From contig OZ024740.1 of NCBI GenBank assembly GCA_964016885.1, forward strand, positions 118,730,001 to 118,794,000: a stretch of 64,000 bases of DNA. The letters run 5' to 3'. The notes below the pieces were generated by a model that did not search any database, was not told where the DNA came from, and saw nothing but the letters and a program-made list of their open reading frames with translations. The stretch comes from Eledone cirrhosa (Eukaryota). The translations under genes and the position numbers were made by a program. This document shows positions 35,784-48,994 of the stretch, piece after piece. Numbering within the stretch: position 1 is the first letter of the stretch; each line of letters begins with the position of its first letter.

Positions 35784-38700
35784 CGAAAGGAAATTGATGT
35801 ATGCTGTGTGCAAGACACTAGATGGAGAGGAGAGTCTGTTAGAGTCCTTGTAGGAAAAAGTCGGTGCTACAAATTTTTCTGGGTGGGAAACGACGATGGG
35901 ATGGGTGGTGTAGGTATACTACTAGCTGACAAGTGGGTAGATAAAGTAATCTCAGTGTACAGGCTAAATGCAAGAATCATTAAACTCAGACTTGTCCTGA
36001 ATAAAACAATTACCACAATAATATCAGCTTATGCACCCCAATCGGGGCTGCCAGACGAACTTAAGGATAGGTTTTATAAGTCCCTAATGCACATTACTGC
36101 TCTAACAGACGACAATGACTTCCAAAAGATTTTAACGGACATGTAGGTAAACACTGCGACGGCTTCAATAGAGTACATGGAAGCCATGGGGTTGGCACAA
36201 GAAATGAGGAAGGATTCAGACTTTTAGAATTCTGTGACGCCAATGACATGTCGATATGTAACACAAACTTTAAAAAACCCGACAACCACCTGATCACCTA
36301 TAGATCAGGGGAGCACTCTAGTCAGATAGATTTTATCCTCATCAGAGGACGTGACAGATAGACGGTCGTAAACACAAAAGCCTTCCCTAGTGAGGAATTT
36401 ACATCCCAACATAGCTTAGTTGTCAGCTTAGTTGTCAGCGACCACACAGTCAGAACTGAATGAACCTGGAAACAGAGGCCAACCTGGAGAAGAAAGATCT
36501 GGAAGCTGAAAGACCCCTCAACCAGTAACAGATTTAAAGATATTTTACTCAACGCCTACGGCAGTAAAGAAGTATAGATAGAGACATTCAATGTAGAAGA
36601 GAAATGGGAGTTCCTAAAACATAACTTACTACAGGCGACGGATGAGGTCTGTGGCTGGAGTAAGACCTCAAGCAGGAGGAGAGTGACTTGGTGGTGGAAC
36701 AATAAGGTAGATGAGGCAGTTAAGGCCAAGAGATAGGCATGGAAAGAATGGAAGAACTGGGGGAGCAGGGTAGATTACATAGAGACCAAGAGGGAAGCTA
36801 GGCGACAAGTATACTTAGCTAGGAGGGAGGCAGAGGATGGAAAATTCAAGCATATTTTGCAACGTGAGGACCAGAAACAGGAGGTGTTCAAGATTGCGAA
36901 GCAGTGTGTCAGAGAGAATTGTGATGTCATTGGAGAGAAGTGTATCCGGAATGATAAAGGTGAGCTTGCCCTCACAAGTGCTGAGAAGAAAGATGCATGG
37001 AAGAGTCATTATGATCGATTACTAAATGAGGAGAATGCATGGGAAGAAGAGACCCTACCCCAAGTAGACCCTATAGAGGGGCCAGCAGTACAAGTCAGCA
37101 GCAACGTAGTAGGTAAGGCAATCAAAGATATGAAGATGGGCAAGGCAACCGGTCCATCGGGTATAGCTGCCGAGATGCTGAAGGCATCTGGGTCTGTAGG
37201 TCACACTATAATCACACGTATTGTTAACCAGGTAATACTAGAAGGTGTCATACAAAAAGATTGTTGCAGTAGCATCATTGTCAACTGCTACAAAGGTAAA
37301 GGTAATGCACTAGATAGAGGAAACTATAGAGGTATAAAGCTGATGAACCAGGTCATGAAAGTAACAGAAAGAGTTATAGCACAGTTGATTAGGGACCGGG
37401 TGAAACTAGACGAGATGCAATTTGGGTTTGTACCAGGAAGAGGCACCACTGATGCCCTCTTCCTTGTCAGGCAGTGACAGGAAAAGTCCCTAGCTAAAAG
37501 TAAGCCACTCTACCTGGCATTTGTTGACCTTGAGAAATTCTTTGACAGAGTTCCACGTGCTGTAATCTGGTGGGCTCTTAGAAAACTAAGAGTAGATGAA
37601 TGGCTTGTGAAAGTGGTACAAGCCATGTATAGGGGAGCAGTCAGCAAAGTTAGGATTAGCAATAAGTATAGCAAAGAATTTAGCGTACAGGTTGGGGTCC
37701 ACCAGGGCTCTGTTCTTAGCCCCTCCCGTTCATCATAGTCCTGGAGGCAATAACAGGAATTTAAGACCGGATGCCCATGGGAACTCCTGTATGCTGATGA
37801 CCTCGCACTTATAGCTGAATCTATGGTAGAACTAGAGAAGAAATTCCAAACTTGGAAGCAGGGACTATAAAGAAAGGGTCTCAAAGTCAACATGACAAAG
37901 ACTAAGGTCCTTGTAAGTAGACGAGAAAACAGAACCCAGATCCCCTCAGGGAAATGGCCTTGCTAAGTATGTAGCAAAGGTGTAGGCAGGAACTCCATTC
38001 TCTGCCCCAAATGCAAACAATGGATACACAAGAGAGGTAGCGGGATCTCAGGAAGCTTAATTAAGAATGTAGGCTTCACATGCAGCAGCTGTGCTGGGAC
38101 AGCAAGCAGCAATCAGCCACAGGAAACAAGTACCACCAATCTCTGGGAGGGCTCTGTAGAAACAGTAGACAGCTTCTGCTACCTAGGTGACCGAATTAGC
38201 AGCGGTGTTCAGAAAGTAGAATAACTAGGGTAAGAACAGGATGGAAGAAGTTTAGGGAACTACTACCACTTCTAGCTGCAAAAGGCTTCTCCCTCAAAAT
38301 GAAAGGCAGACTGTATGATGCGTGTATCCGAACAGCGGTGTTGCATGGTAGTGAGACCTGGGCGCTGAAGGTGGAAAACTTACGTAGATTAGAGAGAAAC
38401 GAAGCCTACATGCTCCGATGGATGACAAAGCATAAATGAATTGAGAGAGAGACTGAGCATAAGAGGAATCAAATGCTGTGTGCAGGAGAGGCGGTTGCGC
38501 TGGTATGGACATGTGATGCGTATGAAGGAAGAGTGCTGCATAAAAAGGTGCAGAGCACTATAAGTCGATGGAAACCGTGGAGTGGGGAAACCCAAGATGA
38601 CCTGGGATGAGGTGATAAAAGCCGACCTTACCCAATTACACCTCTCAAAGGCAATGACACACGACCGTGACCTCTGTCGTCACCCAGTAATACAGAGTAC

Positions 38701-39020
38701 CCGACCTCCCATGGGTACAAGCTGAAGCATATAGACAATATGCCCCCACACCCCACACCGCAAGGTGGTCGTGCAGGTGCCACGGCCAAAAAGCACCCAG
38801 CCCACACTGTAAAGTGGACATGTAGGCGCCACGAAAAAGCACCCAGCACTCACTGTAAATGAGGTTGGTGTTAGGAAGGGCATCCAGCTGTAGAAATCAA
38901 GCCAAATCAGTTCCTGTATGAGCAAGGCATGGTCAGCCGACCAGACACTGCCCACAACAGGACAACCTGTCTAACCCATGCTAGCGTGGAAGAACGGACG
39001 TAAAACGGTGATGATGATGA
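35784..39020 (+). mobile_element. Near full-length RTE-type LINE (AP endonuclease, RT, PHD-like finger), inactivated
   Basis: VQDTRW...GVGILL...IISAYAPQ...DFNGHVG...QIDFIL; QFGFVPGRGTTDA; YADD; several stops and frameshifts; 3' UTR and (GAT)n tail. Confidence 0.95.
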
Positions 39021-39809
39021 ACTTTCCCTTCTGTAAAATTATTGACATTGTTCCTAAATTATGAAAACAAGCATATTATTCCAAGATTTTCCTTTTTTTT
39101 ATATTGCTGAGTCAGAAAAGGAAGGACAGCACCCTGTCTACAAGACTAGTTGGAAAAATGGAAGATATTTTCTTAAACCTGACCTAATAATTTCCAACAG
39201 AATAGACTACCTTAAAATCACCATAATGTGGTGTTAAACTGGGTAAAAAAATTTAAGATTAGCACTAAAAAGTTTGATTTCACAGAGAAATTTCAGAAAT
39301 TTCCTCAGCATGATGCCTTTTGTTTTTTAGGATCAGATGTTTCTTTAAATAATTTTAGTTTGATTTATCCATCGTTCATAAGGCAAGTACTGAAGCACTG
39401 CTTTCAAAATGTATCCAGGAGAACATTCTTTCTTTCAACATGCGAATTAGTAATCATATGTTTACACTACTACTACTAATATCCCTCTCTTCATATTTTA
39501 GTCTTATATCTATATTAAAATACATAGATATTTGGAGGTAGTAATGGAAAGGAGGATGCAAAACACCTTATCAATTTATAATCAGAAACAATGTTTTACT
39601 TTATACTTATTCTCAAATGATTCTCAAATAACATGCTTGTACTTTTACCAATTAATCATATGTTTGTGAGTCTTAAGCACCTTTTGACATGTATTAGTAA
39701 AAAAAATCTATCAACAATTGATATTGTGCCAAATTTTTCATTATATACATCTTTCCAATCAACCTTATAATTGTTTCTCAGAAAGTATATATTTCTTACA
39801 ATCAGACAA

Positions 39810-39890
39810 ATAACAACAGCAACAACAATGACAATAACTGCAGAAATAACAATGATAATAATAATAATAATAACAACAACAATAATAAAA

Positions 39891-39921
<31 letters not shown>

Positions 39922-39984
39922 TAATAATAATAATTATTATTATTATTATAATAAATAGAAGAAGAAGAAGAAGAAGAAGAAGAA

Positions 39985-40016
<32 letters not shown>

Positions 40017-40130
40017 ATAAGAAGAATAAGAAGAAGAAGAATGAAGATGATGATCATGATCATGAAATGATAATAAATGAAATGATGATCATGATAATGT
40101 TATTGAGAATAACAACAGTAACAATATTAA
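39810..40130. repeat. Compound (AAC)n/(AAT)n/(GAA)n/(GAT)n microsatellite
   Basis: Direct reading. Confidence 0.95.
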
Positions 40131-40624
40131 TAAGGACTAGAGTAAACGACATGATAACAAAAGAAGTTACATTGTTTTGAAGAGTAAATAGTAAAATATG
40201 ATGAAGAGAAAAGCAAATATTTAATCTAATGACAGGCGTGCAATCTGGCTATAACAAAAAGACTTTCAGTTATTTTCTATTATGTGCATCTCTGTTAGGT
40301 CTGGATAAATACTGATGACTTGAATTCAATGACATAACAAAATCTCAGTGAAGAAGTATGTAAACTGTTGGATACAAACATAAGGAAGAGACATACAATC
40401 TCATATGTACATACCTGGAATGGGCCTCCATTGTTTTCAACATTCAGAGTTCTAGTCGTCAGATCAACCCAAGGCTTTGGTAAATACTTTTATAAACTTG
40501 CCCAACACGCTACACAATAATATTGAACCTGAAAAATAATGTTTACAAAGGAAACTTTTTAACCATTCAGCCATGCTGCATCCAGACATAAATACATATG
40601 TGTGTATGTATACACACACATATA

Positions 40625-40693
<69 letters not shown>

Positions 40694-40932
40694 TCTTTCG
40701 TTTGACCTGTTTAGCTTGCTTCGTTTTTTTGGCTTAGGTGTCTGATAGCTTCATGACCGCCGTTTCAGTTTGTTTGGCCTCTATAACCTATGCGTATGGC
40801 TCTGGTCTTCTTTTAGTCATTGAGCGCTTGCCACATATCTCGAGAATTGCATTTTGCTTTGTTTTTTACCACTGCCGAAATTTGATCTCGCTGAAATTAT
40901 ATTTATATATATATATATATATATATGTGTGT

Positions 40933-41094
40933 AATAGAAAAAACGAGGCAGTTTCATTTACATATGAAAAATATTCTTTGCAAATCGACCTGTTACACGC
41001 GTTTCACAGAGGATTGGCTCAGGGTGATCCACAGGAGTTATGGACGCGAGTCCAGTATCAATTGGTACCAACAACAGTATTTCACCATACTACC

Positions 41095-41098
<4 letters not shown>
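40933..41098. mobile_element. Inverted arm plus tail module (family of 22270-22568)
   Basis: 40935-41045 matches the reverse complement of 22386-22498; 41062-41085 matches the tail 22534-22558 in forward orientation. Confidence 0.7.
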
Positions 41099-41157
<59 letters not shown>

Positions 41158-41184
41158 TATCTTAAAATGTCTGTTGAAACAGAT

Positions 41185-41420
41185 ATTGTTATGCTTTGAG
41201 AGGGTTATGCTGCCAATAAAAACACACACACCTGTTGGTTTTCACTTCAATTTGTTATAAATTTCTGGCACACAAAAACAAGATAGTGTAGGACAGAAAA
41301 AAGGAAAGACACAAAATAAGAAATCAATCACTGAGTAGATCATAGAATGTGTAATGAAAGAACCAGTTGTATAATCACTTCACAAATTTGATTTTTTCTA
41401 ACAAACCAACAAAAAGTACC
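41185..41420. mobile_element. Remnant of the Neptune-like PLE 3' end, with inverted piece and decayed hammerhead
   Basis: 41185-41267 resembles 18209-18300; 41269-41365 resembles the reverse complement of 18348-18455; core reads CTGAGTA...GAAAGAAC. Confidence 0.7.
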
Positions 41421-41445
41421 CTATTTTATTATATATATACACATA

Positions 41446-42302
41446 TATGAGGCCTGCCAAAATTGTATCCATACTTAAGCTGGAAAAAACATATATGCAT
41501 TTGGTGGGGCTTCATTGACTATTCACTTTTGAAGTACCCCCCCCCCCTTATAATTCTACACACTTAACCAACCAATCTTTCAAGTGTTTGAAATACAACT
41601 GGAATGTTTCTTCCAGAATAGCTTCTAGCTCTGGTATCACAGTTTACATGATGTCCTCTCAGATCTCAAAGAAATCAGATGAAGCCATATCTGGAGAGAA
41701 AGAAGCCTAGTGAATGAGTTAAATACCTTTCTTTGTGAAAAAGACTTGGATCAACTGTGATGATTGAGCCACCGTGTTGTCATGATGCAGCTACCAGTTT
41801 TGCAAGCCTGAAAGATCCAGTTTCTTGTGCCAAAATGACCCATGAAGAAATCGCTCAAATTTCTGATTGTACTCCTCTGTTTCTCCCTCTGGTGGATATT
41901 TGGGATGCACAATGCCTCAGTATTCAACAAAAACTGTCAGCTTCACTTTGATTTTGTTCAGCACATAATGTGCTTTTTGAAGCCTTGACAATGTTCCATG
42001 CTTCCACTGTAATAACTGAGCTTGGTTTCTGAGTTACATACATGGTAAACCTATCTATTATATTAGGTTATAATGGCATTCGGGAACTCCCTTTTCTGGT
42101 TGATAGCATTGGGCAAAATAAAAATGCGAGGAATAAGTAGTACACCACTTCACATACTGGCCACATGAGTGTGGCTGACATATCCAGCAAGCTTGCCAAA
42201 CACCATGCATGCACATGAATATATGTAACTCCACTCTGTCCACTTTCGTCTCTTCACTTTCAATAGAAAACAGTCAGGCTCTCTTTTGACACACTTTGAA
42301 TA
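41446..42302 (-). mobile_element. Decayed mariner-type DNA transposon
   Basis: Minus-strand motifs ETK..QLLQWKH, LHHDNTVA, FSPDMASSDFF (YSPDLAPSD-like) and FKHLKDWLVKCVE..GGYF; degenerate TIR-like ends at TA. Confidence 0.8.
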
Positions 42303-42984
42303 TATATAAATATATGTGTTTATAGAAGAAATATGTGTGGCTCAGCCTTAAAGAACATTACAATCAAAATTGATACTTCTTAGGAATATAGCAAACTCTA
42401 CTTTATTTCATCTAGAACTAAAACTTGTTGACAGATCTTCTCCTAATTCCAATGTGTTACATATCCATAATCTTTGTTTACCTGAAAGTTTCCAGAGAGT
42501 GAAATAGCTGATGCTATTGCTCAATAGGATATTTGAGGTGTTGCCTAACTGTAGTCAGAGGTGGATATTTCAACTGGAAACTATCCAGCAAGCTGAACAT
42601 CCCATACCAAACAATACAAGTTTGTGATTGCAAACCAGATAAGCCACACCAAACTTCTTTCTTTGAATAAGTCTTAGAGACCCAGAAAAAATCATAGGTG
42701 CTTTCTGTTGTTCTATGACCAGGTTATAAAATATATACAAATTTTATATTTATAATCTATGGACACAGCACTTCCTATAGACTAAACTGTAAGAAACAAA
42801 AACATAATTTTGTTACCCTATAGAAGCTTCACATATTAACTTATTTACCTTCTAGTTTGGGAAATGTAAAATACTGAATGCACTAACTTAAACCTTAAGT
42901 TTTCTCTTTTATTAATATCTTCAACTATGTCTCAGGAAAAATGATTGAAAGATTGTCACTTCTATATACACATGATGATGATGA

Positions 42985-43890
42985 TCATCATCATCATCAC
43001 CATTTTACGTCCATTCTTCCACGCTAGCATGGGTTAGACGGGTTGTCCTGTTGTGGGTAGTCTCTGGTCGGCTGACCATGCCTTGCTCATACAGGAACTG
43101 ATTTGGCTTGATTTCTACAGCTGGATGCCCTTCCTAACACCAACCTCATTTACAGTGAGTGCTGGGTGTTTTTTCGTTGGCACCTACACATCCACTTTAC
43201 AGTGTGGGCTGGGTGCTTTTTTGCAGTGGGGGGGTGTGGGGGCATATTGTCTATATGCTTCAGCTTGTACCCATGGGAAGTCGGGTACTCTGTATTACTG
43301 CGTGACGCCAGAGGTCACGGTCGTGTGTCATCGCCATTGAGAGGTGTAATTGAGTAAGGTCGGCTTTTATCACCTCATCCCAGGTCATCTTGGGTCTCCC
43401 CACTCCACGGTTTCCATCGACTTCTAGTGCTCTGCCCCTTTTTATGCAGCTGTCATCCTTCATACGCATCACATGTCCATACCAGCGCAACCGCCTCTCC
43501 TGCACACATCATTTGATTCCTCTTATGCTCAGTCTCTCTCTCAATTCATTTATGCTTTGTCGTTCGTGTATATTACTATTACACATCCATCGGAGCATGC
43601 AGGCTTCGTTTCTCTCTAATCTATGTAAGTCTTCCACCTTCAGCACCCAGGTCTCACTACAATGCAACATCACTGTTCGGATACATGCATCATACAGTCT
43701 GCCTTTCATTTTGAGGGAGAAGCCTGTTGCAGCTAGCAGTGGTAGTAGTTCCCTAAACTTCTTCCATCCCATTCTTACCCTAGTTATTGTACTTTCTGAA
43801 CACCCACCTTCACTGCTAATTCGGTCACCTAGGTAGCAGAAGCTGTCTACTGTTTCTACAGAGCCCTCCCAGAGATTGGTGGTACTTGTT
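42985..43890 (-). mobile_element. RTE-type LINE (PHD family), 3' fragment
   Basis: FCYLGD...MLHCSETW...RLRWYGHV; 3' UTR; (GAT)n tail. Confidence 0.93.
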
Positions 43891-45094
43891 GATGTAGATG
43901 TAAATGATTCATGAATTAAAAATGGGATAAATCACAGTGTTGATAGATTCCTTTTATGAATATTTTTTATAACTTTTCATATGCTTTTGATAATTTCTTA
44001 TGCTTATTTTCATAGGTTCTCCTATATATATTTTTATAGTTTCCTCCTTTGAAATAAATATTTACTCCTTTCATAAAAAGTAATTTAATCGCTTTTCTCT
44101 TTTTTCATCATAGATATCTTTCTTAGTCTTATCATCCTACACACAAGTGTGTCTATGTGTATATCGTCTAAGGAAAAGTACATTTCAGTGTTCTTTATCT
44201 GTTATATCAAGTAAGGACAGTATGAATATTATGTTTTTCTAAAAAAGGAGTGACTTTTCAGTCATTTTGTGTGTTTATGTTTTAATTTGCTTTTTTTAGT
44301 ACAAGAGATATGTTGTATCATTGTTAATCTATTCAGCATCTATACCGCATTGACTTTAACTAAAAAGAAGCACGGAGAAAATATACATTTACTGACATTT
44401 TGGTTTTCTTTTGTTGACATTTATAAACACATATTATTAAAATAGATATATGAAACTTCAAGTTTTAAATTTGTATTAATTATTTGAATTGTATTTGTAA
44501 AATTTAGCATATTAGTTGTACCTATAGCTGAACGAAATTTTTACACACATCTAGTAATTTTCCCATCTTAGAAAAACATGTCTGTTTATGCAACACTTAT
44601 TTTAGTTTTCTTCTATATGAACTATTTCTCCAGTTATTGAGACCCAATACAAAGAACTCCTTTAAAAACAAATTTTAAAATGGAAATCCCATCATTGTAT
44701 ATTTTTCTCCTATTGAGTGTTACCACTGTCAGTGCAATATTGATGATTTTTATGAAACAATGACATGCAATAAAGATGGCATACATAAAGGTAGTGGAAA
44801 AGATAAATAGATATTGTTAATGTTATTGTAGCATCAGTTCTTTTTTTTACCATTAAACATCTCTGTTGAGTGAATCAATTTAATAGGAGAAACCATATGG
44901 CTCACCCTAAATTTACACTTTTTCATATCTAATTTGCAGATATTTGCAGTCAACATGTATTACTGTTCAGTGTGTTAATAAATACACATAGGTAAAAGTA
45001 GAGTTGAACAAGGGTTGGGGTTAGGGTTGGGGTTTGATCATCTCAGTTCCATGGATTTCCTTGGATATTAAACATGCTGTACTAAGGTTTTCAA

Positions 45095-45335
45095 TACTAC
45101 TGCTCTGATATAGTGAATATCTGGATCATAGAGAGTATCCAAAATCCTAAAACCAGGGCTTTCTCACTCCTGTTGAATGAACCACTCCCTGGTTGACCTC
45201 TACTGCTTCCCATATCTGGCCATATTGGGCCATGTAGGGCTGAGGTATCATATCGGATTGTCGTGCTATCTTGCCTTTGACTGCCCTCTGTTTTTTTCTC
45301 AACTGCCTTTGTGTCCACTCTGTCACTCTAATATT
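45095..45335 (-). mobile_element. Old RTE-like 3' fragment
   Basis: RVTEWTQRQ motif; a related fragment lies at ~46470-46690. Confidence 0.5.
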
Positions 45336-48004
45336 AGCAGCATATAATGCTCTTAATATTGGAATATGAAGAAGGTGGTAGACTTTCAGTGTAGTAGTGA
45401 TGGTAAATTGCTGATAATATCTTTATCAATGTAAATAAATAAAAGTGGTCAACAAACAAATCTATAACAAACTCTGTTTAGTTGAGCAATAAAATAGCTG
45501 TTACAAGCTAGATCATCATTTGGAAACCAATCCATGGAAGACATCGTTCCAAAACCAGAGTCAAGACCTTCATGAAAAGCAATAATGCTGTAACTGCTAA
45601 TAAACTTGTGGTACTGATGACAGCAAATTGTAGTGTATAGAGGATGGTGACAAATATGTCCTGTTAATCTGCATGAACAATGAAGCACAAATGAGTTAAA
45701 ATAAAAACAGGGTGTTCGATGAAACAAATGTAGTGTACAGTAGACAAATCTGCACTGGTGTAGACATTTGAAGTGTTTGTATGATGATCATTAGGTGTGA
45801 AAAAGTGGAAGGAAGCTATGAAAATGGAAAAATGGTCAGAACTCAGTAACACTGATCTTAGGATACTGAACTTCACAAAGGAGATGACTAAGAAAAGAGA
45901 CATATGGAAGCATGCGCTGTTGAAGAGGACTCGTCTCAGCCATGCAGATGTTGAAATGATGATGATGCGTAATTGTGAGCTAAAAAAAAAAAAACATAAT
46001 AATAATAAGGAAAGAATAATAATAATAAATTATTTTCAGCTTAATTTGAATAGTATATAATTTATACCTTTATGTTTGAAAAAATATATATCTGTTAACT
46101 GAACAATTAAGAAAGCTTTAGATGTTTCATTAATTTATGAATAAAGCTCTAGATAATTTACTTTATATATATTATGTAATAGCATTTTCTAAATATTAAT
46201 TCGCTTATTCATTTATTATGTATTTCACAATAAGAGAAAGGAAAGAGGATCATCATTAGATTTGAACAAGGGAACTATGATTCCATTGATCATTTCATTG
46301 CTGATACAATTTTTGGCTGCAACTTCTGGAGGAAATATCCTGTGAAAAGAGACAGGATTCAATCTCAGAAAGCACAGAACCAGAACAGATAGCACAAGGT
46401 ATAGACTGACATTGTGTAACAATTCTTCTAATCACTGCCATTGAACTGTACATTATTTACAACATCCAAATTCAAAAATCCAAATCCTTCTCGCTGCTGT
46501 TGGAGGAACTCCTCCCTGGTTGAGCCCAACCACTTCCTATCTCTGGCTATATTGGGTCATGTGGGGCCAAGGTATCGAGTCAACTTGTCATGATTTTGGC
46601 TGCCCCCTGGTTCTTCTCCATTGCCTTGTAGTTCTAATAGTCCAGCTGTTGTCTCTGATGGTCTCAATTATGTCCTTCTCTCCAGTGGTACATTATTTCA
46701 AACCCTAAAATGATGCAATGTAAAATTGACCACAGTATGATTTGAACGCAGAATAAATAGAGTAAAACCAGAATAAATAGAGTAAAGCATTTAATTTGAT
46801 GCTCTAATGACTCTGCCAATTTGCTGCTATATTATGAATTATAAAGTATATATTATAAATTAGACAAACTAAAAATACATGGATTTCATATTTTATAGTA
46901 CTGCAAACTGTTAATTTTGTTAGATTATTTGTTAAAAGTTAACCATTTCGTAGGAATAATTTATTTATGATTAGTTTTAAGGATGCAAAATTAAATGTGT
47001 ATAAACTACATACATGCTTTTTTTGTTATCTATTAAAAGCTTGTCATTGATGAACATTTTAAATTGTATTAGCAAACTGGATATTAGTGAAAAAGAACTT
47101 CTTAAAGACTGTTAGAATATTGAATACGTTTTCTGTTACATGCTTGAAAATGATTGTAAAGAATTAAGAATTAGTTGGAAATATATGATATTCTCTTGAA
47201 AGCAAATGTCCACAACTATCATGCATTGTATTTGTTAGAAGAGCTGACTGTAAATAATGCAACTCACCATAGATTAATAAAAGAAATAACTATTGTCACA
47301 TCATGAAACAAGAGTTGCATTCAGAATTAGCTATTAAACATATCTCTTGTTGGGTTTTATTGTGAAATGTTTGTCCTTTATTGCTGGATGTTGAGTTGAA
47401 ACGTATTGTACTGCTGTCAATCTATCTTAGAATGCAACATATCTCATATAAGTTGTTCCTTCTCCATCTCACTGATGGGCCATAAACATGTCTTATATGT
47501 CATTTGCTTTGGGGATTAATTTCACTGACGAGAAAATAAAATAAAATGACAATATCAACTATCTGTGGCATTCCAAGAAGCTATACTTTATCCTTGGGTT
47601 CAATTGGAATAAAATAGGAGCAGTATCTGGTGGATATTTCTTGTTCATTCTATATTGGAAATTCTCAAGTGTGATATTAAGAGAAATTTATATAATATCT
47701 ATAGCTAAGCAGTCATTGCAGTATATCTAAAATAATATTTAAAATCATGGTAATAAAATATATTTTAGCATTTATTTCATTGGTGAATCACATGAAAACA
47801 CTGGTTCTAGTTTGATCAATGGATTTAACTAATGTTGAGCTTAGCTAGTATTTAAATAAGTGGTCACTTCAGAACATCATGTGTTTGAAGAATTTCACAT
47901 AAATATTGAGAACATTCAGGTGCAGAAAGTAATAGATAAAATTGCTGAGGAATGGTTATGATAAAATCACTTAAAATGCCATTTTGATCACACATCAATA
48001 GTAT

Positions 48005-48980
48005 TGGATTTGTGATCTTTCAATTTGGAGAAGTAGTGACTCAACTTGCAGCAACTGCCTGATCTCCAGGCTATACAGTAACATTACTCCAAAGAACCTT
48101 TAGAGGGATCTCATTCTTGTATTAACAATCATACTCTTTTAGTCATTATCCAAGTTTCATAACCACAGGTTAAGGTTGACACAAATACTGAATTGAAGAT
48201 TTGACACTTACCTCCCTGCTTCAGAATTAAACCTTCTACCTTCCATCACTTGTGAAAACAGACCCGAGATACTTAAACTACTAGATCTTCATGAGTGTAA
48301 CTTCCCCCACATGAAGAGTGTATAGTGCAGGCTTCCTTGAGAGGATAAATAACTCAGATATCGCAGTACTGATTTTCATTCCAGCTGTGCAGCACTCAGC
48401 ATGAAACCTATCATGTGTATGTCAGAGATCAACTTTTGATAAGTCAAGTAGATCCTTGTTGTCTACAAATTCCAGTTGACTGATTCTACACCATGCATAT
48501 CTTGATACAGCTTCAAACCCAGCTGCAAATGTCAGTCCTGTTCATGAAGATTATGAACAGAGGAGGTGACAGTATGCATCCTTGACAGTGTCCAACGTCC
48601 ACATTGAATGGTTTTGACTTAGCACAATTTATCTGAACACAAATACTAGGTCTTTCACATAGAGACATCTGGGCAACAAAAAGATGTCCACCAATTCCAT
48701 ACTCCTGCAAAGTATGGGACAAGATCATATACTTTTTCAAGGTCTACGAAACAAGCATAACCCACTTGGCAATACTCCCATGATTTCTAAAATATGTCAC
48801 AGTTCTGCTGCATCTGGGGCAAAAACCACATTGTTCATCAGCTAGCTTAGACTCAAAATTTCCTTACACCTCTTTATCAGACACTTAGCATAGTCTTAGT
48901 GTGTGTGTGGGGAGGGGGGGGGGGCTTAACAAGGATATCGCTCTATAATTAGAGCAATCTTGCATGTCTTCTTTCAAGAG
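48005..48980 (-). mobile_element. Decayed RTE (Expander-like) RT fragment
   Basis: NYRAISL, QCGF, GHCQGCILSPPLFIIFM, FKYLG. Confidence 0.8.
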
Positions 48981-48994
48981 ATTCAGGCCACCTG

